Part shown: positions 53,068 to 64,000 of the stretch, piece after piece
How the letters are laid out: the number at the start of each line of letters is the position of its first letter
Numbering within the stretch: position 1 is the first letter of the stretch
Assembly: GCA_951406725.2 (NCBI GenBank)
Contig: OX597836.1
Location: forward strand, 21,390,001-21,454,000
DNA length: 64,000 nt
DNA from: Octopus vulgaris
Taxonomy: Eukaryota
Direction of reading: 5' to 3'
The notes under the pieces: generated by a model
The model's database searches: none
What the model was told of the DNA's origin: nothing
The model's input: only the letters and a program-made list of their open reading frames with translations
Translations under genes and position numbers: made by a program

Positions 53068-53421
53068 TAATATTATTACAAATTTGGGATTTTACCAATA
53101 GAACCGCAACTCCTATTTCAGGATAACCTTATTGTATGGAATACATATAAAAAGTTATATCCAATAAAATAATATAAGCATTTAAAAAAACCTGCTATAA
53201 AATACAAAAAAATTATTTGAAAAAATATTTGAAAAAATATATATAACTTAGTAAGTTATAAATATTTTTCAAATAATTTTATTGTATTTTATAGCAGGTT
53301 TTTTTAAATGTTTATATTATTTTATTGGATGTAACTTTTTAAGTATATTCCACGCAATAAGGTTATCCGGAAATAGGAGTTGCGGTTCTATTGGTAAAAT
53401 CCCAAATTTGTAATAATATTA
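53068..53421. repeat. ~350-bp fold-back palindrome
   Basis: Arms of about 170 bp are reverse-complementary around ATAACTTA-G-TAAGTTAT, with scattered mismatches and one short duplication. Confidence 0.92.
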
Positions 53422-53537
53422 TAAACGATACTATTTACACTGCATTAGTAAATTGTAAAATAGTAAATGTTCTGATAACCTGGAATGCTTGTTTTTCCCT
53501 AAGATTTTATAAATACATGTAGTTAACTATATATATA

Positions 53538-53585
<48 letters not shown>

Positions 53586-53668
53586 ATAATACACACACAC
53601 ACACACACATATACACATATACATACATATATGCATATATGTACACACATATACAGGTAGTATAGGTA

Positions 53669-53711
<43 letters not shown>

Positions 53712-54618
53712 GCACACACATGCACATATATGTATACATACATACATACATACATACATACATACATACATACATACACACACACACATACACTTACATA
53801 TATTTACTTACATATGTATACATATTTATATATATATATATGTATATATTTAATCTCAGATGTTAAAAGATGATGATGATGATAATATATATATAGATAT
53901 ACATACATATATATATGTATGCACATACGTACATATATATAATATATACATTATATATATATGCACATACGTACATATATATAATATATATATACATACA
54001 TATATGTATATGTATATATCTATATATATATATATATGTATATGTATGTATATATGTATGTATATATATACTCTCACACGCATACATGCAAGCACACGAA
54101 CACACACCATAAGATGAAGAAAAATAGAGAAATTTTTCTGCCTGTTCGCTCCACACTTTCTTTTCTGCTTTGTTATATGTCTCTCTTTCTGTCTTTCTTT
54201 CTATCTCTTCCCATCTCTCTCTCTCTCTCTCACTCCCCCCCGCTCTGTCAAATCTTTCTTTACAAACTCTCTCTCTAATAATATCAGAATATCTGTGACC
54301 AGAAACAGACTTAGTGCTGTAGTTGGTTTTCAGAAAAGTAATAACGAAAGTATTGCTCCTAGAGCATCTTGCATCATCCCTCTGTACACTCTGTACATAG
54401 CCTCTTCACATGCTAGAAATAGCAGTCAATTGATTTACTATTCTGAAGGTGGAAAAAAGAAAGATTCATTATTTCTCATAGACTGAGATGTAACAAAAAA
54501 AAAAAAAAAATCTTTCATTGCCCCAGCATGGCCGTGGCCTTCAGGCTAAAACATTTTAAAGGATTTTAAGGATTTAAATTTTATCAATTGCTGATATTGT
54601 TATTGTTGCTATTGTCCT

Positions 54619-55229
54619 TTAACCGTTTAGCATTCAAACTGGTCACATCCAGTCCAAATATTCTACCTGTTTTATGTTCAAACCTGCCAGATCTGGTCCC
54701 TTACACTTTACCCTATAATATCATTCTAAAAATATGCAATCACACCACCAAAATCTCAAAGCCATGAGAAAGTGCATGGTTAATTAAAATCAGTGGGATT
54801 AAATAAGCCTTATCTTTATATATAAAACTGTAGTTGTGTGAGTGTCTGTCCCCTTCGATTTAGATTCCTAACTCCTCCCACATTTTGCGGTGCAGTTTAA
54901 CCAAATTCGGGTATCTTATAGTCGTGATTCATATCGAGCCCGTCTGGCTATTAGCGCGCGTCTACAATGAGTCTACGATTTTAAAAAATAATTTATCATC
55001 ATTTTTTTCCATTTTAATGCATATTTTTTTAAAGGGAAGTAACTCTCTAAAAATGTCTACGATGAGTCAACGATTTAAAAAAATTTACCATCTTATTTTT
55101 TCCATTTTTAATGCATTTTTTTGCTATAACTCTCTAAAAATGCTTTATAGTTATTTCCCTTACAAACCCCAGCAACGCCGGGCGATACTGCTAGTAGTTG
55201 ATAAAGTAATCTCACTACCAAAGGGTTCA
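54619..55229. mobile_element. piggyBac-like MITE interrupted by the Helitron
   Basis: Begins TTAA|CCGTTT and ends AAAGGG|TTCA (degenerate TTAA/CCC termini). Related AAAGGGTTAA ends occur at 62075-62190. Confidence 0.5.
54813..55194 (+). mobile_element. Non-autonomous Helitron
   Basis: A|TC start and CTAG|T end, subterminal GC hairpin CCCCAGCAACGCCGGG, no TSD. Confidence 0.82.
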
Positions 55230-55426
55230 ATCAAGGTGGCTGATTAACATAATCAGTAGAGCAACAGGTTTAATAGTCTGGTTCTGTTTTCTTTTTATGT
55301 TTTGAGTCCAAATACTTCTAATGACAACTTTATCTTTCATAAGTGGAATGGGGTGAATAGGTGGGGGTCAGTTTACTTGACTCCCCTCCCCATCTACCAC
55401 CTCCATCACCATCAGAAAAATTTTCG

Positions 55427-56300
55427 TTAATTTTGTTATCAATTAATATTAATTTCTTTATTGATGCTTGTATCATTGTTGTTGTTGTTGCTGTCAACCG
55501 ATATGCAACAGTGAAGATGTCCTCTAAGGTTTTATACTCATAATGAATATCTCTAAACTTTACTATTCTAGTGAACAAAACTGGCCAATGTACCAGTAAA
55601 TTTTATACTCTCTGGTGAACATGTACCTGTATATTTTATATTCCCAGAGAACCCATATACTTTTATACTCCTGGTGAACCCATATATTTCAGACCAATGC
55701 TTCCCAACCAGGGTCCATCTAAGATTTTATTATCTGCAATAAATTGGTTATACTTCTACAATGCACAAAATATTTTAATTAATTTTGTTATCAATTAATA
55801 TTAATTTCTTTATTGATGCTTGTATCATTGTTGTTGTTGTTGCTGTCAACCGATATGCAACAGTGAAGATGTCCTCTAAGGTTTTATACTCATAATGAAT
55901 ATCTCTAAACTTTACTATTCTAGTGAACAAAACTGGCCAACAGTACCAGTAAATTTTATACTCTCTGGTGAACATGTACCTGTATATTTTATATTCCCAG
56001 AGAACCCATATGTTTTTATACTCCTGGTGAACCCATATATTTCAGACCAATGCTTCCCAACCAGGGTCCATCTAAGATTTTATTGAGATTCGCCAACACT
56101 ACACTTGATTTTCTCCCCATCCATACACACACAAGCATGTATCTGACTCAAACATTGTTCGCTTTCCAGACATTTGTACATTACTGCATGTACTTTATAT
56201 GCACTTTCTGACAAGTTGTGGTGCATCTGAGCACTGTATACAATAATTTCATTATTATTATTAAATTGGTTATACTGCTACCATGCACAAAATATTTTAA
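55427..56300. repeat. Near-identical tandem duplication, period 352 bp
   Basis: 55427-55778 is repeated from 55779; the second copy is interrupted by the LINE at 56085-56262. Confidence 0.9.
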
Positions 56301-56444
56301 TAATTATTTTTATACAATTTCTAATAATATTTGATTATGAAAATACAGTATGATTTTCTTCAAACACTGAATGGTCAGGAGGGTTCATTCACATTATATA
56401 GGAATCAAAGGGGTCCATAGTCAAAAAATGGTTGAGAAATACTG
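56048..56444. mobile_element. hAT-like MITE containing the LINE insert
   Basis: Imperfect TIRs CAATGCTTCCCAACC and GGTTGAGAAATACTG; flanks TTTCAGAC and TTTTAGAT resemble a decayed 8-bp TSD. Confidence 0.6.
56085..56262 (+). mobile_element. CR1-group LINE 3' end (same subfamily as 51443-51907)
   Basis: Reverse complement of about 51455-51628; (ATT)n tail. Confidence 0.85.
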
Positions 56445-56457
56445 TTTTAGATTGACA

Positions 56458-56898
56458 AGGAACATGCGTACTTTACTCCCTAAGTGAACATTATGTTTAT
56501 ATTCCCAGTGAACATGTAAATTCTATACTCCTGGTGAACATGCATATTCCGTACTCCCTGTGAAAATGTATACTGTATAATCCCTGTGAACATGTATATT
56601 GTATATTCCTAGTGAACATATTTATTTATACTCTCAATGAACATATATATTGTATATCCCCAGTGAACATATATATTTTATACCCCTAGTGAACATGTAC
56701 ATTCCCAGTGAACATGTATATTGTATATTTCCAGTGATCATATAGATTTTATACTTCTAGGGAACATATATGTTGTACATTCCATGTGAACCTGTATAAT
56801 TTATATTTCCTGTGAACATGTATATTTTATACTCCCACTGAACATGTATATTTTATGCTCCCAGTGAACATACACATATTTTATATTCCTGGTGAACA
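56458..56898. repeat. Diverged ~26-bp minisatellite
   Basis: Unit about GTGAACATGTATATTTTATACTCCCA, about 17 copies. Confidence 0.88.
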
Positions 56899-57074
56899 AA
56901 TAGGTGCAGGAGTGGCTGTGTGGTAAGTAGCTTGCTTACCAACTACATGGTTCCGGGTTCAGTCCTACTGCGTGGCACCTTGGGCAAGTGTCTTCTACTA
57001 TAGCCTCGGGTTGACCAAAGCCTTGTGAGTGGATTTGGTAGACGGAAACTGAAAGAAGCCTGTCAAAATATATG

Positions 57075-57109
<35 letters not shown>

Positions 57110-57540
57110 CTGTGTTTGTCCCCCAACATCGCTTGACAACCAATGGTGGTGTGTTTACGTCCCCGTAACCTAGCGGTTCGGCAAAAAGGGACCGATAGAA
57201 TAAGTACTAGGCTTCCAACGAATAAATCCTGGGGTCAATTTGCTCGACTAAAGGCGGTGCTCCAGCATGGCCGCATTCAAATGACTGAAACAAGTAAAAG
57301 AGTAAAGAGTAAAGAGTAAAGAGTAAATAAATATTGTGACCACTTTGACCTTTAATTAAATGATTCCCTGCTTATAGAATAAAATGAAATAAAATAATTG
57401 TTAGGATCCAACAAAACTAGTGGTGTTCTACCCGAGGAAAGCCATTTCATATTGTTTTACAAACTGAGATAAATGTGTGTAATATAGGGAAATGAAAGTA
57501 TAGATGATACTCCTTCTGTTACAGGGAGACAGTGAGGTAA

Positions 57541-57915
57541 TCTCTCTCTATATAAACGGCAGTTTGTCTGTCTGTGTGTCTGTCAGGTTGTACCCTCACC
57601 CTGACCACGGCTTTCAACCGATTCTGATGAAACTTGACACACACATAGCCCAATGTCATAATTCAAAACTAACGCAGCGAAAATTTTGAAAAGTTTCCCC
57701 AGTTCTGAAAAGAATCGATAAATTCGACATGGGGTCGAGAATCAGAAACACAAACCACAGACTCTCTAGGGGACGCAACTCGACCTTTTTAACTCTCAAA
57801 AAAATTTACCATAATTTTTTTCCCATTTTTTTGCTATTTTTTGGCTATAACTCTCTAAAAATGCTTTATAGTTATTTCCCTTACAAACCTGAGCAACGCC
57901 AGGCGATACTACTAG
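57541..57915 (+). mobile_element. Non-autonomous Helitron
   Basis: A|TC start and CTAG|T end, hairpin CCTG-A-GC-AAC-GC-CAGG; last ~115 bp shared with 54813-55194. Confidence 0.82.
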
Positions 57916-58197
57916 TGTATACATACAAAAAAACAGAAAGCAACAAACGAAACAAACTTACTTTTTTTACTGTCTGATGGAAACCTTGGTAAATTGAATT
58001 TCCCCTAGCATACAAAATTATTGAAGGCTGTGTAATAAGAAGCTTGCTTCCTGACACCATGGTTCTGGGTTCAGTCTCTCTGCATGACACTTTGGGCAAG
58101 TGTCTTCTTCTATAGCCTTAGCCAGACCAAAGCCTTGTGAGTGGATTTGGTAGATGGAAACTGAAAGAAGTGTCTTCTGCTGTAGACTCGGGCTGAC

Positions 58198-58248
<51 letters not shown>

Positions 58249-58492
58249 ATGTGTCAAATATTTACACATTTGGATATTCTCACTCACACACACTCACACA
58301 CACTCACTCACACTCACTCACACACACTCACTCACACTCACTCACTCACACACATTCTCATTCACACACACTCTCATTCGCACACATTCTCCCGCTGTAG
58401 AAACACTGCCAGATCTGACTGGCCTGGTGCACCCTTCTCTGAATTTACTGGTAACAAAATTTGAAACCGTTAAACGATGATGATGATGATGA

Positions 58493-58538
<46 letters not shown>

Positions 58539-58646
58539 TTGTGTGTGTGTGTGTATGTGTCAAATATTTACACATTTGGATACTCTCACTCACACACACT
58601 CACACACACTCACTCACACACACTCAATCCAACATTATTATTATTA

Positions 58647-58704
<58 letters not shown>

Positions 58705-58938
58705 CATTATTATTATTATTATTATTATTATCATTATTATCATCATTATTATCATTATTATCCTTCTCTGATTATTACTGGTAACAAAATTTGAAACCAA
58801 CATTATTATTATTATTATTATTATTATATTTTGTTTTTTCCTTCTTTCTTCAAATTTTATTCCGTTTTATCATTAAGTGTTTTCCATACAAAACACTCGG
58901 CGAGAAACAGAAGAAAAATTTGCAAAATTTGAAACCAA

Positions 58939-58984
<46 letters not shown>

Positions 58985-59032
58985 ATCATCATCATTATTA
59001 TTATTATTGTCGTTATTATAGATCTCCTTGAC

Positions 59033-59114
59033 ATGTTGTTTACAAACCGGAAAAGTGGGCCAGATTTCCTGCTATGGCCATTGATTCCTTTGTTATTGGT
59101 CATGTCACAGACAG
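59033..59114 (+). CDS. Uncharacterised secreted protein, first coding exon (signal peptide)
   Basis: ATG at 59033. MLFTNRKSGPDFLLWPLIPLLLVMSQT has a basic n-region and a hydrophobic h-region. Strong donor CAG|GTGAGT, phase 1; candidate acceptor TAG at 59019-59021. Confidence 0.75.
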
Positions 59115-59378
59115 GTGAGTTTTCTTGGCATACATACTTCTTTCTGACTTCATTGTCTTCATCACCATCACCATCCATCCATCCATTTATCATTATTCTC
59201 ATCATTACCACACATATAGGCGCAAGAGTGGCTGTGTGGTAAGTAGCTTGCTAACCAACCACATGGTACCGGGTTCAGTCCCACTGCGTGGCATCTTGGG
59301 CAAGTGTCTTCTGCTATAGCCCCGGGCCGACCAATGCCTTGTGAGTGGATTTGGTAGACGGAAACTGAAAGAAGCCTG

Positions 59379-59453
<75 letters not shown>

Positions 59454-59722
59454 TGTGTCTGTGTTTGTCCCCACAACATCGCTTGACAACCGATGGTGGT
59501 GTGCTTACGTCCCTGTAACTTAGCGGTTCAGCAATAGAGACCGATAGAATAAGTACTAGGCTTCCAACGAATAAGTCCTGGGGTCGATTTGCTCGACTAT
59601 GACAATGATGATGACAACGATGACGAAGAGACGACGATGATGAGGATAGTGATGACAGGTATCAACAACAATGACAACGACAACAACAAAATTGAATGTT
59701 ACCAATAAATGGAAACAAAATA

Positions 59723-59890
59723 TAAAGGGGTGTTGAAAAATTTCTGGGTTTGGGTAAAAGAAAATACAGGAGGATCCTTTGATTATGATTTTATCCAACA
59801 TATTCCCCTCTCAGATTCACACACTTAGTGCAGCAGTCCTTCAGTTTTTCTAAGCCCTGTAAAAGAACTCCGGAAGTTGTGCCTCCAATC
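59723..59890 (-). mobile_element. mariner transposase 3' end fragment
   Basis: Minus strand encodes LLQGLEKLKDCCTKCVNLRGEYVG*, the typical mariner C-terminus, followed by a TIR-like end next to TA. Confidence 0.75.
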
Positions 59891-60110
59891 AGGCCTTTCT
59901 TTATACCCTTAAAGCCAAGAACTTTTCAGTGTCCCTTTGTAAATCTATGTCAAATGCCTTCTCTTCCTCACCTTTCCCATCTTCACCCTCCCCTCTCTTC
60001 TCCTCTCCCACCTGTCTCCTCTGCTCTCTCTCCCACTCTCCTTCCCTCTCCCCATTCTCTCTTTCTTTCTCTCCCTTTCTCTCAATCTCTTCCTTTCTGT
60101 ATAATTTCAG

Positions 60111-60341
60111 TGGCGGGTAACACCTGTGGAACTAGTTCTACGTTGGGTATCACCAAACCATTTGAAGCACACATAGAGGGAACTTTCACCGACAAAAGCA
60201 CCAGCATCTTAATAAAGGAATATTTCCAACCGTATGGAAGTATAGATAATGTTGAATTAGGTGCTGTTGTCCAGACATTCAATGGTGAAAAGATACAAGC
60301 CATATTGAACTACACGAGCAGTGAGCTTTTCTACATTGCAG
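60111..60341 (+). CDS. Uncharacterised secreted protein, second coding exon
   Basis: Long pyrimidine tract plus TTTCAG acceptor. (V)AGNTCGTSSTLGITKPFEAHIEGTFTDKSTSILIKEYFQ...GAVVQTFNGEKIQAILNYTSSELFYIA. Donor CAG|GTACAT; 231 nt, phase 1-1; normal-complexity protein sequence. Confidence 0.85.
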
Positions 60342-62251
60342 GTACATGTATGGTTCATAAAACTATGTAACAAAATTTTTTTGTCTTTGGTTAGTAAGTG
60401 TTACTTCCTGCTTGCTCCTATCTAGATATCAAAGGAACTAACTACTATTCACTTGGAACTTTGCTTTTGTCACCTGGACATCAATGTTTTGAAACTGACC
60501 TATTTTCCATTACATTTCAGACGGATTCAGTGCTGAAGTTGTTGAAGCAAAAATATCTTTATAGCAAATATTCTGCTCAATACCATAGATTTGCTTGTCA
60601 GTTGCTTGACCTTAACCACTTGAGCATATCCCTTAGTGTCTGACGGTATGTGTATCTCTTATCGTGAGCAGGAATAGTTGGGGAGGATCATAGCCATGTG
60701 TTGAGAGGGATTCTTTGTGGTTTGAGTAAATGTAACAAAAGCAAAGTTTGAAGGAAATATTAGCTATTTTTCATACTTTCTAAAGGTAAGCAAATAGGAA
60801 ACAAGAGTTGCTATCCAAGGACAAAAATCATGTTATGCAGCATCATATAAATACCAGTAATGAAAGCACATGACTTACTGGTTTGGGTGTTGGGCTCACG
60901 AGCATTAGGTTGGTGGTTCAATTCTTAATTTTGGCGGTATGTTGTGTCTTCGGACAGAATACTTTATTCCACAATGTTTTAATCTACTCAGCTAAAAATG
61001 AGTAGTGAACATAGCTAGGGTGGAAGGTATTGTGCATATTCCACTAGTAAAGACATGTGGCTTATGAGCATTTGATCATAGGTTCAATTCTTCAGCCAGG
61101 TGGTGTTTTTAGTTCTTGAGCAAGGCATTTCATTTCACATAACTTTGGGTTTCTCATCCGAAAATGCATCGCCAACAATAACTATTGCTGGGGTTAACCC
61201 AACTGCAATGGGGTGGTATGTCATTCAAGGGATGTACTTACTGTTGCTTACTCCCCATGAAAACTGGGATGAGTTCCAGCATAATTGGCCTGTAGACTTG
61301 AAGCAGATTTTAACTTTTAATTAATACAGAAAAATATATGGTCCAATATGTCGTATTGTATTTTTAAGAAAATATAATGTGATTTGAGGATAATTTGACA
61401 GCTATTTCTAGCACAAAGATTTTCTTGTATTGAAACTTGAACTATACTTGGTTGTTGGTGTTTAGCCCTAAGTCAACCCTGATCAGCGATCTATGTTGAA
61501 AACCTTTCTTGCTATGGCCATGTTATACGAAGAACTACATTGTCCAGCATATATTTTTATTTAAGATAGGATGTGATTTGAGGGAGATCTAGCTGTTGTT
61601 TCTGACATGTGAAGTAACCCAGTGGAAGTTTCTTTGTTGAACATGAAGATTAATCAACAAATAGCTGGGATCCTAATTTCTATACACAGGAGTGGCTGTG
61701 TGGTAAGTAGCTTGCTTACCAACCACATGGCTCCGGGTTCAGTCTACTATAGCCTTGGGCCAACCAAAGCCTTGTGAGTGGATTTGGTAGATGGAAACTG
61801 AAAGAAACCTGTCGTATATATGTATATATATATGTATGTGTGTATATGTTTGTGCGTCTGTGTTTGTCCCCCCAACATCGCTTGACAACCGATGCTGGTG
61901 TGTTTACGTCCCCGTAACTTAGCAGTTCGGCAAAAGAGACCAATAGAATAAGTACTAGGCTTACAAAGAATAAGTCTTGAGGTCGATTTGCTCGACTAAA
62001 GGTGGTGCTCCAGCATGGCTGCAGTCAAATGATTGAAACAAGTAAAAGAGTAAAAGAGTAAAAGAGAGTAATGAAAGGGTTAACCTGTCATCACAATGGT
62101 GGAAGATTTTAATTCAATACTTACGAAAGTAAGACATTTATACAACAGTGCCAGAGGCGGTTTTGGCCGGGTTGGTATCAAAAGGGTTAAACTTTCAAGG
62201 CAGTAAAACGATGTTTTGTTGACCAGTATAATCCATCATAGACAGTTATTT

Positions 62252-62682
62252 TAATAATAATAATAATAATAATAAATGTGTACAGTGCTCAGGTGCACTA
62301 CAACTCATCTAAAGTGTATATATAATCAGGTGTAGTTTCGGCGGATTTCGGAAAGCATGAGGGCCTTAAAGGATGCAGTGTCATGGCAGTCAACAACTGA
62401 CGCAGACAGTTTATTCCATGCTTCAGCAACTCTGAGCGTGAAGAAATGTTTCCGAAAGTCATGGGAGCTGTGTTGTTTTCTGACTTTGTAGGCATGTCCA
62501 CATGTGTTAGACACATGGAGATCGAAAAGGTGTTCAGTGTTGTTGTTGGTGAGGTGGTTGATAACTTTGTGGGTGTTTACCAAGTCCGTCGCCAGATGCC
62601 GGAGCTTCAGTGAATCCATGCCCAGGGAAACAAGGCGCTCAGAATATGGTAGGTGTCTGATGGAGGGTATGCGTTGTGTCAT
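62252..62682 (-). mobile_element. CR1-group LINE ORF2 C-terminus
   Basis: ORF 62326-62682 encodes HLPYSERLVSLGMDSLKLR...FFTLRVAEAWNKL; (ATT)n tail. Confidence 0.9.
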
Positions 62683-62764
62683 TCTGTCCTAGTTTCAGGT
62701 AGGTTTTTTCAGTATCAACACACCTTGACATCTAAATCTATGAATATTATCTTTTCTGTTTCAG

Positions 62765-62895
62765 ATGATGTATGTACTGTAGCACAGGGAATTCCTAGGT
62801 TTACCAATCTGCTGCCAGACAATCGAAGCAATGTGGAGAATGCTTTTATTTATTCAACCAAAGACATACTTAGGATGTTACAAGACACTGCATGT
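62765..62895 (+). CDS. Uncharacterised secreted protein, third coding exon (gene continues beyond window)
   Basis: Acceptor TCTGTTTCAG. (D)DVCTVAQGIPRFTNLLPDNRSNVENAFIYSTKDILRMLQDTAC. Donor |GTAAGT; 131 nt, phase 1-0, compatible with the previous exon. Confidence 0.8.
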
Positions 62896-63355
62896 GTAAG
62901 TAAAAACTAATAAACAGCAGCAGCAGTCACATCTCATGATGAACTAAAGAGGAAAGTACTCGGGTCTTCGAGGGAGGATGACCTCCCTTTGCAAGTAACA
63001 CAAGGACACTGAGATAGTGTCTAAAGTCCTTCTGGTGACGTTGATCGCCTGGGGCTAAAAGCATCAGTAACACCCCCACCCACCCCCAGTGGCTAGCTAC
63101 ATTCAGATGGCTGATACCCCTTACGCTTTATGTGATTGCTTCCTCTAAAAGAAATAACAGCTAAATGTCCCTCAATTTATAACTTGTCATCTTAACATAG
63201 GAAAGGCGTGTCTGTAGGTCTGATAGGTTGCTGGTTTAACTCTTTTGGTTGCAACTGGTCCTGGTGCTAAGACAAAAACTTCCTGTTTTAAAGCGTTCTA
63301 AATTGAAACCTTCGATCAAAGTTTCATATTCATTTATGTTCCAAACACTACAGTA

Positions 63356-63387
<32 letters not shown>

Positions 63388-63475
63388 TGTGTGAATGTGT
63401 GAATGTGTGTGTACATAAATGCATGTGTGTGTGTGAGTGTGTGTGTGAATGTGTGAATGTGTGTGTACATAAATG

Positions 63476-63513
<38 letters not shown>

Positions 63514-64000
63514 TGTGAATGTGTGTGTACATAAATGCATGTGTGTGTGTATGTGTGTGTGTGAATGTGTGAATGTGTGTGTACATAAATGCATGTGTGT
63601 GTGTGAGTGTGTGTGTGAATGTGTGAATGTGTGTGTACATAAATGCATGTGTGTGTGTGAGTGTGTGTGTGAATGTAGATGTGTATCTGTGTGAATGTGT
63701 CATCGTCATCATCATCATTATCGTTTAACGTCCGTTTTTCCGCTCTAGCATGGGTTGGACGGTTCGACCGGGGTCTGGGAAGCTAGGGGCTGCTCCAGGC
63801 TCCAGTCTGATCTGGCAGAGTTTCTACGGCTGGATGCCCTTCCTAACGCCAACCACTCCGCGAGTGTAGTGGGTGCTTTTTACGTGCCACCTGCACAGGT
63901 GCCAGGGGAGTCTGGCATCGGCCATGATCGGTTGGAGTTTTTAACGTGCCAGCGGCACGGAAGCCAGCCAAGGCGGAGCTACACAAATGCATGTGTGTGT

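Noticed and set aside
56458-56898. Regular GTGAACA repeats resembling a CRISPR array
   Set aside because: The intervening sequences are homologous to each other (a 26-bp minisatellite), the context is eukaryotic, and there are no cas genes.

Overview
AT-rich, microsatellite-dense eukaryotic DNA. Its repeat families look like those of a coleoid cephalopod, probably Octopus (recognised from memory, not a database search). Almost all listed ORFs are translations of microsatellites or SINEs. Two real genes can be built from GT-AG exons with matching phases. The first is a complete six-exon PAQR3 (+, 2604-32371, 1071 nt, 356 aa). The second is the 5' part of an uncharacterised secreted protein (+, exons 59033-59114, 60111-60341, 62765-62895), which continues beyond the window. 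The rest is transposon material: four SINE families, CR1-group, RTE and RLE-type LINE remnants, Tc1/mariner, hAT-like and piggyBac-like MITEs, and non-autonomous Helitrons. The most notable signal is a set of minus-strand type I hammerhead ribozyme motifs in (TA)n-flanked, AT-rich, Penelope-like remnants: 12288-12350 (intact core), 47666-47749 (one stem mismatch), and two minimal or degenerate ones at 47095-47130 and 48421-48453. Other unexplained structures are three long fold-back palindromes (two centred on hammerhead-like half-sites), a ~120-bp element present twice, and a GC-rich island with pseudoknot-type pairings.
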